A DNA stretch of 64,000 nt, from assembly GCA_951406725.2 (NCBI GenBank), contig OX597821.1, positions 89,156,001-89,220,000 on the forward strand, in the 5' to 3' direction. Shown in pieces: positions 38,516 to 51,327 of the stretch. This stretch comes from Octopus vulgaris (lineage: Eukaryota). The position numbers and the translations under genes were made by a program. Under the pieces are notes generated by a model. The model was not told the origin of the DNA. It worked only from the letters and a program-made list of their open reading frames with translations, and did no database searches. Every line of letters starts with the position of its first letter. The first letter of the stretch is position 1.

Positions 38516-39472
38516 AGTACAGTGATAGCCACCTCTACATCACCGGCTCTGCCATCAAGCCATGGCAGCTAATAATACGCTATCAAGCACAGAGGCATGA
38601 TCAGCTTTGACAAACGGTGACCTAATTTATGTATACACAGATGTGTACTCGTAGGTGTATGAGTGTATGTGCATGTGTGCGTGCTTGGGGGGGGGATGTG
38701 TGTGTGTGCACGTGCGCTACATCAAATCAATGTCGAAGATACAGTTATTAATAATTACTTTACACTGTCTCGCTAACAAACTAAGAACACAGTTCCCTTA
38801 TGCAATCTTTGTTCTATATAGATCTTATATACAATAGTTTCTCTGAACTAGTAGAACATAATTTTGTTCCTTTAAGGCTACGCGACATTCCTTTCGCATC
38901 TTCTCACACATTCTAGATCCTTCTCTATAGATTTCTCCTCTCATTTCTTCCTCTGGAATTTCCTCCTCGGCTATTGGTGAACAGACGGTTAAATAGTGAC
39001 GGTTAAATGGTTAAAAATCACATTAGCCATACCAATTTCACAAGCTTTGGAGTTCTTAAAAATATCACGAGGACTGCTTTTCCTTCCTGTAACTTATTTA
39101 CTTCTGTTTTGACATATATCTCAACTATTTTTCCCCACCTTCCTAAAATTATTATTTCCTGTTATATCTAAGAAAGAATCCATTGTGTCTTACTTGGCAA
39201 TCACGGCTTTCATGTCATGTCGACAGAACCTAATTTAGCACCTGAAGCTATGAAATATAGACCAGAATCACAAACCTTCTCAATTAGTATAGCATGAAAG
39301 TGAAATGTATGCTTCAGTCTATTCAAGTAAGCTTTACATCAATTTAATCAAGCTGTAGGAAATAATTACTACGTTTGTGTATTTCCTAATTGATAAAATT
39401 AACTTGGATTTCAGTAGAATGTAGCAATAATTTGTTTATGTTATTTTAGGCAGAACTGATTAAGTAGTTTTG

Positions 39473-39517
<45 letters not shown>

Positions 39518-39659
39518 GATGCTGATGCTGGTGCTGGAGTAGCTGCTACTGCTGAAGGTAGTGGTGGTAGTGGCGGTGTTATTTGCTAAATGAAGTACAA
39601 TTTCTTTCTTCGATGATGTGTTAATGTTAACTGGTGTGTTGTAGTGTGCTAGTGGAAAT

Positions 39660-39690
39660 TGTTGTGGTAGTGGCGGCGACAGTAGTAGTA

Positions 39691-39749
<59 letters not shown>

Positions 39750-39862
39750 GGTGTTGGTGGTGGTGTTGGTGGTGGTGGTGGTGGTGGTAGTAGTAGTGGT
39801 AGTAGTAGTAGCAGCAGCAGTAGTAGTAGTAGTAGTTGTAGTAGTAGTAGTAGTAGTAGTGA
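39660..39862. repeat. (GTA/GTG)n microsatellite
   Basis: Directly visible. Confidence 0.97.
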
Positions 39863-40115
39863 TGACTGTCGTTGCAGTGTAGCAATAGTTATGTTTGATA
39901 GTGCATTATTAGCTGCTATGGCTTGATGGCGGCGCCGCTGATGTAGAGGCGGCTATTCACTGTACTAATGTGTCAATGATTCTAATACTGCATTAAGATA
40001 TACCAGTCTTTTCTTCACGCCCTTGACCGCGTTGCCGTGAACGAACTGAAATGACATGGAAAAGTGAGGTATCTTTCACCAAGCGCACGATGAAATGTCA
40101 TTTATGAAGTATACC

Positions 40116-40346
40116 TATTTCTTTATTACCCACAAGGGGCTAAACATAGAGGAGACAAACATGGACAGACATAGGTATTAAGTCGATTATATCGACCCCA
40201 GTGCGTAACTGGTACTTAATTTATCGACCCCGAAAGGATGAAAGGCAAAGTCGACCTCGGCGGAGTTTGAACTCAGAACGTAACGGCAGACGAAATACGG
40301 CTACGCATTTCGCCCGGCGTGCTAACGATTCTGCCAGCTCACCACC
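40116..40346 (-). mobile_element. SINE family B, full length and young
   Basis: 16-bp TSD atttatgaagtatacc at 40100-40115 and 40352-40367. Confidence 0.93.
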
Positions 40347-40721
40347 AATTTATTTATGAAGTATACCATGATCAAATTAACCCCATCTGTTATATCAAGA
40401 AACTGCAGTTAGGAAGGGTGTCTGATTCAAGAGACTTCGACAATGTGTAGTGTGCAAACGGACTGAGATCCTCCAAGTGACCTGTGTGAGAAAGAGGTAA
40501 CTTCGAGTAGTGTTCACCAATATGGAAAGGATTATGATTATGATGATGACGATGATGATGATGATGGATGATAAGAATGCTGAGGATGATGATACTGTTG
40601 ATGCTGCTGCTGATGCTGCCGGTGATGGTGATGATGATAGCCAGATGTTATTCCATACGTTGAAAAGGGTGATCGTGAGGACTCTCTTTACTCAAAATTC
40701 CTTTTTAAAGAACAAGCTATA

Positions 40722-40892
40722 GGCGCAGGAGTGGCTGTGTGGTAAGTAGCTTGCTTACCAACCACATGGTTCCGGGTTCAGTCCCACTGCGTGGCACCTT
40801 GGGCAAGTGTCTTCTGCTATAGCCTCGGGCCGACCAATGCCTTGTGAGTGGATTTGGTAGACGGAAACTGAAAGAAACCTGTCGTATATATG

Positions 40893-40933
<41 letters not shown>

Positions 40934-41147
40934 TTGTGTGTCTGTGTTTGTCCCCCTAGCATTGCTTGACAACCGATGCTGGTGTGTTTACGTCCCCGTC
41001 ACTTAGGAGTTCGCAAAAGAGACCGATAGAATAAGTACTGGACTTACAAAAAGAATAAGTCCCGGGGTCGATTTGCTCGACTAAAGGCGGTGCTCCAGCC
41101 TGGCCGCAGTCAAATGACTGAAACAAGTAAAAGAGTAAAAGAGTAAA
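40722..41147 (+). mobile_element. SINE family A, full length
   Basis: Matches the other copies; repeated gtaaaaga tail. Confidence 0.92.
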
Positions 41148-42027
41148 GAAGACAGAGATTTCGATTAGTTACTGAGACAGAGAAGTAAACAGTCTACTAA
41201 GATTTATCTCAAAACAGGAATGAAACCGGTTAGCAGAACCCCCACTTTTCTGTCAATGGAAAGATTGTAAAAGGACTTCGTTGAATTTGTCTAATGTGCT
41301 CGATTGCACGCTGCGGCAATGGCTGAAATTTGTACTTCTTACACAGACTATATATATTTCTTACATTTCCATAGTATACATATCTCTTCACCTGAGTCCC
41401 CTGACTAACAGGTAAGTTGTTAAACAGGAGATTAAACATCTGCTAGCATAAGTAATATTACAATATATATGACTAAGTTTTAGAAATCGTTACTCTAAAT
41501 AGCTGATTCCTCTCAATTTTCTGTTTCATATAAGCAATATATAGGACGTTGCTTCACATAAAAGTGACGGAAATTAATAAATGAAGGAAATTATTAAATG
41601 CTAATGTCAGTGACGTTAGCTATCTGGATACAATGCAATTCAGTATATATTATTCGAGAGTCAAACATAATTGTTGAAACCAACATTATATTTGAGTGTT
41701 TGTAGTATGTATAAGTGATAGAATGTAAGACGAGGAGAGAAAGGAAAAGGGAGAGAGAGAGGGGGAGGGAGAGAGATTATCAGAAAGAACTTGTACATGA
41801 TATCTCAACCTGTTAGAAATTGTAGCTAGATATCCCTAAAATTACTCAAAATTATTCCATTTATAAGTAGTTAGCAGAATAATTAGATCGTCAAACAAAA
41901 TGCTGAGGTTTTGTTAAGCCCCTTTACGTTTTAAGTTCTTGTGCTACTGAATTCAACTTGTCTGTCTTTGATCAAGAGTTGATAACACAAAAATTGGATA
42001 TTGAATGGAAAATCGAAATATAAAAGA

Positions 42028-42428
42028 CTAGCAGTATCGCCCGGCGTTGCTCGGGTTTGTAAGGGAAATAACTATATAAGCACTTTTAGAGATGTAAAGT
42101 ATAATAGCCATCTCAATATGGCTAACCACAAAGGGTGGGGGGGTGTTACTGTAGCTTTTTACGTTCTGAGATTTAATAAAAAATTTTTAGAGAGTTACTC
42201 CCCTTATATATGCCAAAAATGCATTAAAAATGGGAAAAATTGATGGTAAATTTTCTTTTTAAATCGTAGACTCATCGTAGACGCGCGCTAATACTCCGAA
42301 GGGCTTGATATGAATCACGACTATAAGATACCCGGTTTTGGTTAAACTGCACCGCAAAATGTGGGAGTAGTTAGGAATCTAAATCGTAGGAGAGAGACAG
42401 CACACAACCTCACTTTTATATATAAAGA
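42028..42428 (-). mobile_element. Non-autonomous Helitron (401 bp)
   Basis: The minus strand begins TCTTTATATATAAAAG and ends with a GC-rich hairpin (cccgagcaacgccggg) shortly before a terminal CTAG. It is inserted between A and T with no TSD. Confidence 0.85.
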
Positions 42429-42945
42429 TATCACGAGAAATGATAAGTTTGGGTGATTTAGTAATAAATGTAGAATAAACGAGCAAAAAAGGGGGTGATT
42501 ATGAAGAGAACATTTTCGATGATAGGTTTACTTGATCAGAACTGACCCGGGGTTAAACGACAAGAACAACAGCAACGATCAACGAAATTTTGCTGAGATT
42601 GCTAATTAAGGCACACCACTTGCTATAATCAGTATCTTTATGTAGATGACTATTTGTAGCCGTAGATCTTGTGATATTAAGGTTGCGACACTTATCTACA
42701 CTGTAAGTAGCGCATCATTTATAATGAGCGCAGACATAATTCTGTCGTTAAGTAGGTCAAGTCGCTATTACATGCTTCCACTTTCAATGTCACTCTAATA
42801 GCCTCTGATCAACAAAAGCCTTGTAAATAATTCTGGATAAGCGAAGCCTGCCAGTCTGCTTATACTTGTATTTAGACTGTAGACATTAATCCATGGGCAA
42901 CTTAAAGGCTTAGACATTGCATGTCTTTAGTAAAAGTCTTAAATA

Positions 42946-44225
42946 TCAAGTCATTAAGACTGAAATGTCAGATTTTCTTATTCCCCAAGTTTGGCAGTCG
43001 TTAGTGTTTTGTCCCCGACGGTCCTTTGTTTTACAGCATTGATAAGTTACATCGTCACTTTCCGAAATGTAATTCATGGTGTCTGATATATTGGGAATTT
43101 TCTCTTGTAAATCAATTTTTGTGAACCCATGGATAGATCAACCATTCGTGTTGTTTATGAATATGTGTTTTGTCGTGGAACCAGTACATCAGAGACAGCT
43201 CGAAACATCAATAAGGTGTTTGGTGAAGATGTCACGAATGAGCGCACTGTACGTCGATGGTTTCAGAAGTTCCGGTCTGGTGACTTCACTCTTGAAAATC
43301 AACCCCGTGGTAGACCTCAGACCAAGGTGGATAATGATGAGCTGGAAATTGTAGCAGAAGCTGATACATCTCAAACTACGCGTGAGTTGGCAGCAAGGTT
43401 TGATGTTTCGATTCCAAATATATTGGACTTTCTTAAACAAACAAGCAAGGTAAAGAAGCTGGAAAGGTGGGTACCACACGAACTGAACGAACATCAAAAG
43501 ACACGTCGTCTTGAAACTTGCTATTCTTTGCTGTCACAGCATAAAAGCGAATCATTTTTGCATCGTATTGTTATGTATGATAAAAAGAAGGGTTTCTTTT
43601 CAGCAATAGCATGCATTCTGCACGGTGGTTGGATTGAAACGAATTGCCAAAACACAATCCAAAAAAGAATATTCACCAAAAAATGATAATGGTGTCTGTT
43701 TGGTGCTCCAACGCTTGTGTCATCCATACACCTTCATGAGACCTGGTAAGTTAATTACAGCAGGTGTCTACATCAACCAATTGGATGAATTTATGAGAGA
43801 ACTTACAATTAGACAAGCGAGATTAGCCAATAGAGACAGGTCAATTCTCTTGCAAGACAATGCTCGTCGACATGTTGCACAAAGAATGCTACTTGAGTTA
43901 CAAGTACTGAACTTGGAAGTACTCTGTCATCCACCATATTCACCAGACCTTGCATCAACTGACTGCCACCTTTTGCAAGCACTAGACAACTTTTTGCAGG
44001 GAAAAAGCTTCAAATCTGAAGAAGATGCACAAACAGTTTTTCATGATTTCATCATCTCTTTCTCCCTAGAATTCTTCGCTGCCGGCATAAACAAGCTACC
44101 GATAAAATGGCAAAATTGAGTTGATAATTTAGGTGCATACTTTGATTAACTGCATTGCTTTTTGTCGAGATAAGGTAAAATAAATTTTCAGTTCAAAATC
44201 GGACATTTCAATCTCAATGACCTGA
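42946..44225 (+). mobile_element. Full-length defective mariner DNA transposon (about 1280 bp)
   Basis: TA at 42944-45 and 44226-27 flank 31-bp TIRs: tcaagtcattaagactgaaatgtcagatttt (42946-76) versus the reverse complement of 44195-44225, 27/31 identical. They enclose a transposase pseudogene. Confidence 0.95.
43129..44149 (+). pseudogene. Mariner transposase pseudogene (DD34D; Hsmar1/cecropia-like by resemblance)
   Basis: HTH region ERTVRRWFQKFRSGD..LENQPRGRP, then WVPHEL, QDNARRH and HPPYSPDLASTD, with 34 aa between the second and third D. Two frameshifts (about 43590 and 43727) and in-frame stops (WLD*; WQN*VDNLGAYFD*, the likely true end at 44149). Confidence 0.93.
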
Positions 44226-44698
44226 TAATTAGATTTCATCTTCACTCATAGCATTGGTCACTAGTCAGTGGCTATTACTCCCTTGCTTGCATTAGTCTCA
44301 AGAGCTCACGAATATACGCCGTCATTTCTCATGGGACTATGCAATAATTTATTGTTTCTTTTTTATTGTCAATGGACATAATTAATTCTTGTCTTCTTTA
44401 CTCTATTCAGTTCTGTTGGTATACAAAAGGAGTATATTTGGAGCTAATGGTTCAATCATTCAGTCAATCAAATCCTTCCAAGATATACTGAAATTTATCT
44501 GAACTTCAAATGAGTAACAATTTCATTTGTATACAGAGAGAGACAAATGACTTTATTTCATTTCCTCTCCCTCCCTCTCTCTCTCTCTCTCGCTCTCTCC
44601 AAATAGCTAATTCTACGCTATAGTATTGTCAACTACTTTTTCAAGCGGACACAAATTTGGAATAACCTCGAAAGTGTTCGAACTAATACAGGTGAAAT

Positions 44699-45081
44699 GG
44701 AGGCACAATGGCCCAGTGGTTAGGGCAGCGGACTCGCGGTCGTAGGATCACTGTTTCGATTCCCAGACCGGGCGTTCTGAGTGTTTATTGAGTGAAAACA
44801 CCTAAAGCTCCACGACGCTCCGGCAGGGGGTGGTGGTGATCCCTGCTGTATTCTTTCGCCACAACTTTCTCTCACTCTTACTTCCTGTTTCTGTTGTACC
44901 TGTATTTCAAAGGGCCGGCCTTGTCACTCTCTGTGTCACGCTGAATATCCCCGAGAACTACGTTAAGGGTACACGTGTCTGTGGAATGCTCAGCCACTTA
45001 CACGTTAATTTCACGAGCAGGCTGTTCCGTTGATTCGGATCAACCGGAACCCTCATCGTCGTAACCGACGGAGTGCTTCCC
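44699..45081 (+). mobile_element. SINE family C
   Basis: TSD acaggtgaaatg (44688-99 and 45082-93). Confidence 0.93.
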
Positions 45082-45614
45082 ACAGGTGAAATGCATTACG
45101 ATAGGAGGACTCAAGACGGGATGGAGACAGAAAACTAACCAAACAGAAGTAATAAGAACGCTTCTCATCACGACGTAGCATACGAAAAATTTGCGGTAAA
45201 ATTATTCTCCATTGAAGTTCATTAGGTGCTCTTTCGTCGATCTCTCTGACAATGAAGCAGCAGTGGGGAACTGTTGTCAGCCAGACAGACTGAAGTAATA
45301 AGTGTTATGCGCCTGGCTAAGAGGCAGAAAGCAAAATCTTGTAAATTCTGATCATGTTTCAAACTTATCGATCAATTATATTAATTCAAATATTTTTTTC
45401 ACTGCGCACATACACACGTTTGTACTTACACACACATGTACATATGCACACACATACGTGAACACACATACACACACGCACACACACACATATACACACT
45501 CACACGCACGCACACGTACATTCTACGTATCCTGTGTGCACCTTGTTACAGAAGGGAAAGAAAAATTTTATCTTCGCCGAGAAATTAACAATAGTATTTA
45601 ATGAAAGCTTCGAC

Positions 45615-45616
45615 TA

Positions 45617-45653
<37 letters not shown>

Positions 45654-45819
45654 GTCGTCGTCGTCGTCGTCGTCATCATTGTAGTCGTCGTCGTCGTCAT
45701 CTTCAATATTATTATAATTGTTATTATTATTATTTTTATTGTTGTTGTCGTCATCATCATGATCATCATCACAGCAGAAGCAGTGTTATATTTATCAAAA
45801 AGTCCTACAGCTGCAATAG

Positions 45820-45856
<37 letters not shown>

Positions 45857-45957
45857 CAGTAGTGGCAGTAGTAGCAGTAGTAGTAGCAGTAGCAGTAGTA
45901 GTAGTAGTAGTTGTTGTTGTTGTTGTTGTTGTAGCAATAGCAGCAGCAGCAGTAGTG
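45615..45957. repeat. (ATC/GTC)n and (AGT/TGT)n microsatellites
   Basis: Directly visible. Confidence 0.95.
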
Positions 45958-46075
45958 GTTCTTTTGTTACAGTTAATATTATGTCAGTTGTCTTATTATT
46001 TACTGCATGGGTCTAACTGAATAACCAAGCACATATTCGGTTTTTTATTGCATTGATATTTCGTGTTATTGTTGT

Positions 46076-46413
46076 TCATATCATCGTCGTCGTCATCATC
46101 TTCATCATCATCCTCATCATCTTCTTCATCATCATCGTCTTAACCATCCTCATCATCATCATCATTGTCTTAATCATCATGATCATCATCATCGTCAGCA
46201 TCATCGTTGACGTCATCATCATCATCATCTTCTTCATCATCATCGTCATCATCAGTATCATCATCATCATCGTCGTCATCGTCATCATCATCTTCTTCAT
46301 CATCACCCTCATCATCATCTTCTTCATCATCATCGTCTTAACCATCATCATCATCATCATTGTCTTAATCATCATGATCATCATCATCATCGTCAGCATC
46401 ATCGTTGACGTCG

Positions 46414-46457
<44 letters not shown>

Positions 46458-46675
46458 GTCATCTTCTTCATCATCATCCTCATCATCATCTTCTTCATCA
46501 GCATCCTCTTAACCATCATCATCATCATCGTTGTCTTAATCATCATGATCATCATCATCGTCAGCATCATCGTTGACGTCATCATCATCATCATCGTCAT
46601 CGTCATCATCATCATCATCATCATCGTCATCATCAACATCATCATCGTCATCATCATCATCATCATCATCATCAT
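46076..46675. repeat. 600-bp (ATC)n-derived array with a higher-order repeat
   Basis: Variant markers cttaaccatc and cagcatcatcgttgacgtc each recur three times. Confidence 0.95.
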
Positions 46676-46932
46676 TAATGTTACTGTCTGCGTATCTCAT
46701 TGATTTTTTTTTAAAGTTACCTCATGACCTTATGTTCAGCAATATGTTTTAATTCTTGTTTATTACCCGGCAACAAAAGGCCGACACAAACATCAAAAAA
46801 AATTTCATTTGCTCTGACATATATCTATATGTGTGTGCGCGTGTGTGTGTGTGCGTGTGTGTATGCGTGTATAAGATTGTGTCTGGGTACATATATAGTT
46901 ATATAATTGCGTGTGTATTCTTATATAGGCGC

Positions 46933-46974
<42 letters not shown>

Positions 46975-47326
46975 ATATATAATTATGCATATTTATGTAC
47001 ACACGTTATTACATAACTGTATATACGCATATATACACATATGATATTTTACAAAGTTATAAAAATGCATATATACATAGATTATAATAAACATATATAT
47101 TTGTACACTTGTATACACATAATCGCGTATATTTATGTATAAATAATATACGTTGTGTATATGTGTGTATGTGTTTGTGTGCGTTTCAGTGTCCAGTATA
47201 TATCATATATACATAAGTATACGTGATTATGAATATATATATATATATATATATATATTTAAATATGAATTTATCGAATAAAGTCTGTATATATACTAAG
47301 ATACACATACATACACACATACACAC

Positions 47327-47380
<54 letters not shown>

Positions 47381-47749
47381 GAGAGAGAGAGAGTGAGAGA
47401 GGGAGAGAGAGAGATACATACATTCATACACACACGACCGCATATGTATTGAATATATATCGTTATATGTATAGAAATGAGTATAAACATATATTTATCA
47501 GATAATGTATATATACATATATAAATAAGTGCATGTTTGTGATAGCGTGTGATTGTGTGTGAAAGAAAAAAACAACACAATATTTAGTACGCATGCTCCT
47601 GGAAGTCAAGCTTTTAAACAAAATCAGTTCCTGGGTAAATTATTTCCTGTCTACAAATAGTGATTTTTCTGTTGTTACCGAAGTGTGAAAACCCGGTCAT
47701 CTTTTGTTATACGCGTCTGCTTAAACAGTAAGATACCTTCATGTAATTC

Positions 47750-47756
47750 ACTGGAG

Positions 47757-47816
<60 letters not shown>

Positions 47817-48285
47817 CCTCCTTGTACATCTTCATCTACAAGAAATAGCAGCGAAATCTGTCTTTACAGTCTGCTATCATAAGCGAAGAACAAACTAAGT
47901 AATGTACTTTATAACCATGAGATGTCGAGAGTGTCACAGTAGCAATATTCTTTTCTACTCTTGGCACAAGGACCGAAATTTGGGGCAGCGGAGAGGAGCC
48001 AGTCGATTACATCGACACCAGTACGCAACTGGTACTTTTTTCTCTTTCTCTCTCTCTCTCTCTTCCTCCATGTACATCTTTATCCACCAGAAATAGCAGC
48101 GAAATCTCTCTTTACATTCTGCTATCATAAGCGAAGAACAAACTAAGTAATGTACTTTATAATAATGAGATGTCGAGAGTGTCACAGTAGCAATTTTCTT
48201 TTCTACTCTAGGCACAAGGACCGAAATTTGGGGCAGCGGGGAAGAGCCAGTCGATTACATCGACACCAGTACGCAACTGGTACTT
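47750..48285 (+). repeat. Tandem duplication of about 250 bp
   Basis: (CT)n-ttcctcc.tgtacatc..gaaatagcagcgaaatct..cagtacgcaactggtactt occurs twice (47814-48037 and 48063-48285). Confidence 0.92.
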
Positions 48286-48325
48286 AATTTATCGACCCTG
48301 AAAGGATGAAAGGCAAAGTCGACAT
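48190..48325 (-). mobile_element. SINE family B 3' part (tail duplicated at 47945-48037)
   Basis: ctggtacttaatttatcgaccctgaaaggatgaaaggcaaagtcgac. Confidence 0.8.
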
Positions 48326-48405
48326 GGGCTCAACTCACCTCCTCCCTTCAAGGAGTTGGTGTCAGAACATTAAAACTTAGTGTGTATACACAGCAAAGTT
48401 AAAGG

Positions 48406-48490
48406 TCAATTTTTGCCAAGCGGCTTCATTCTGCCTGCTTTAACTTCGTTACTATGGCAACAGTCCGGATATTTATTGATCAGACCTAGT
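48406..48490 (-). mobile_element. Possible mariner/MITE terminal fragment
   Basis: The minus strand begins TAggtctgatcaataaatatccggactgttgccatag, resembling a mariner-type TIR. No partner end found. Confidence 0.4.
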
Positions 48491-49110
48491 ATATTTACAC
48501 TACGGTACGGTACGGCACCCAGTATATCACCCCTTTTGTTCATAGATTGAGATGGCACTTTGGACAACCACTTTGCCTCCCGTACCACGGCAGCAGGATG
48601 TTGGGTAACCAACAAGATGGAGGAATCCTAGATTAACGGCTTAAAGTTTATTGCAACCAAACCGAATTTTGTACCATCAGAAAACTAGCATATGAACCGC
48701 GCCGTTGTCGACCTTACTCGTTGTACTCTTGTATAGCCTTTTGGTACATATCATGTAAACCCAGTGAAGCAGTCTGGTGGGGGACGACACCAATCCTTTT
48801 AATTACCATCCAAAGCGTTTTGTTCAGAGATTACAATACAAGAACAGTTAATGTCGACCTACGACCCAGAACCGAAGTACATACACATACATAATTACGT
48901 ACATACATACAAATATACATACATACATACATACATATATACATAAATACATGCATAAAAGCATTCATATATACATACATACATGACTATAAGAAAAAAT
49001 GGGATTATAAAATCCTGATATCAAGTAAGCACTGACTATAAAGAATAAGGTTAAATTTCCAGCAAGTAGATACAGGAATATGTATATATCTGATTATATA
49101 CACGTACATA

Positions 49111-49306
49111 CGAGGGTGTACTGAAAAGCAGACTTTGGGTAAAAGAAAATAACGGAGTACCAGTTAATTATGATTTTACTCAATATTTTCGTATCTCAGA
49201 TTCAAACATTCATTGCAGCCAACCTTCAGTTTTTCTAAGCCCCGTGAAAGAACTTGAAAGTTTGGACCTCCAGCCAAGAACTTTTCAACTTTTCAACATC
49301 CCCTCG
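49111..49306. mobile_element. Mariner-type MITE
   Basis: TA|cgagggtgtactgaaaag ... cttttcaacatcccctcg|TA: imperfect TIRs with a TA TSD. A related copy lies at 28198-28353. Confidence 0.75.
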
Positions 49307-49719
49307 TACATGCATATATATTCTGAAGTTAGCTTTTGAAAATTATTTTTGTACGCATGTGTAGGTGAGTGCGTGCGTGTGTGTTAGTAAGTGTACAAGT
49401 CTCTGTATACTTTAGTGAGCCAATAAATATTTACTAATTGAAATTAAATATGTATAAAGTGTAAAGAATATTGGCTTAATTAGTAGTTAGTATTAGCGGT
49501 ATTTATGGAAATGGATTAAATAAAATATAGCAAGGGAGGTGTTAAGAAGCATAGCTCCATTACCAAAATGATTTAGTAATTATAATATGGGTAAGTAGAT
49601 TATAATGAATGGAGAGATGTTTACAGTAAAAGCATAGCAACACATAGCATAACATAGTTAGTGATAACAAGAAAGCAGTATTCTATCTGAGGTGTGCTAT
49701 TTACAAAAATATGATTATC

Positions 49720-50004
49720 AGTTGCTGCTGTTTCTTCCTTCTCGAGCCATAGGGCCGGTTTCCCGGTTTCCTTGGCATACAGGTTCCCCACCTGGGCGGG
49801 ACGCCGGTCCGTCGCAGGTGAGCTACAAGAGGAAAGAGTGAGAGAAACTTGTGGCCAAAGAGTCAGCAGAATTTTGCCGTTACCTTCTGCCGGAGCCGCG
49901 TGGAACTTAGGTGTTTTGCTCATAAACACACACATCACACGGTCTGAGATTCGAACCCGCGATTCCTCGACCGCGAGTCCGCTGCTCTAACCACTAGGCC
50001 ATGT
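49720..50004 (-). mobile_element. SINE family D
   Basis: Reverse complement of the 38276 copy, with the extra tail gccaaggaaaccgggaaaccggccct. Confidence 0.85.
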
Positions 50005-50262
50005 ATGATAATTTATTCACGTAGTGCATATTGCGAAACGCGTGAGTAACGGGAGTACGTAGAATATAGTAGTCTAAAATGGATACTGCATACATTAATA
50101 GTTTAATATATTCCTGATTAAAAAACTCCTCATAAATTTATTACCTATTAATAATCAATAAAATGTCTTAGATCACAAAATAAAAGTTACATTTTGTATG
50201 TGTAATTACGTAACAGAAAGAATGAGAGAGGCGATAGAAAGAATAAGTACGTAACAGAAAGA

Positions 50263-50810
50263 AGGCAGCGAGCTGGCAGAATGCTTAGTATTTCGTCTGC
50301 CGTTACATTCTGAGTTCAAATTCCGCCGAGGTCGACTTTGCCTTTCATCCTTTCGGGGTCGATGAAATAAGTACCAGTTACGCACTGGGGTCGATGTAAT
50401 CGGCTTAATCCGTTTGTCTGTCCTTGTTTGTCCCCTCTGTGTGTAGCTCCCTGTGGGTAGTAAAGAAATGGGTATTTCGTCTGCCGTTACGTTCTGAGTT
50501 CATATTCCACCGAGGTCGACTTTGCCTTTCATCCTTTCGGGGTCGATAAATAAAGTACCAGTTACGCACTGGGATCGATATAATCGGCTTAATCCGTTTG
50601 TCTGTCCTTGTTTGTCCTCTCTGTCTTTAGCCCCTTGTGGGTAGTAAAGAAATAGGAATTTCGTCTGCCGTTACGTTCTGAGTTCAAATTCCGCCGACGT
50701 AGGAATGAAACATGTACCAGTTACGCACTGGGGTCAATATAATCGGCTTAATCTGTTTGTCTGTCCTTGTTTGTCCACTCTGTGCGCAGCCCCTTGTGAG
50801 CAGTAAAGAA
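50263..50810 (+). mobile_element. SINE family B, one head and three tandem bodies
   Basis: atttcgtctgccgttac starts bodies at about 50290, 50474 and 50658 (period about 184 bp); the third body is internally deleted. Confidence 0.9.
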
Positions 50811-50819
50811 TTAAGGAAG

Positions 50820-50856
<37 letters not shown>

Positions 50857-51327
50857 CTCTTAATTTACGTTATATGACGTAAACATGCATGTTAGTCACA
50901 GAATTCGAGTTGTCATGATGCGTTGAATTCTGTTGCACTGTTCCAATTTTTACGAATGTTAAGTAAACAACTCTTGAAACTGGTAAAAAAAAGTTTACCC
51001 ACCCTCCATAAATTGTTTTTCCAACTTTTTCAGCTACTTTCCAATAAGTGGCGATCGTGACAAAGGAAATTCTGGTTGGCGCAAAAATAAAAGTTGTGAT
51101 CATCGAGTAACAGGATAATGAGGGCGCTGATATACCCTTGATTGGTTTCAGGGTGAGCAGTAAAACCATCGTGCGGGACCTGTAGCTGTTGCCACGGCAC
51201 CTTTCTTGGAACGGAACACTGATGTAAAACCTCGGTTTCACGAGATTACTGATAATCTCGCTTCGGCCTGGCTCTAGGTACTAATCATGGAGGCTCAGAG
51301 AGTGCTGCTTGTGTTATACAAGTATTT

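Noticed and set aside
40717-40962. Recurrent ORFs MLGG..RQASFSFRLPNPL..GTEPGTMWLVSKLLTTQP
   Set aside because: Antisense translation of SINE family A.
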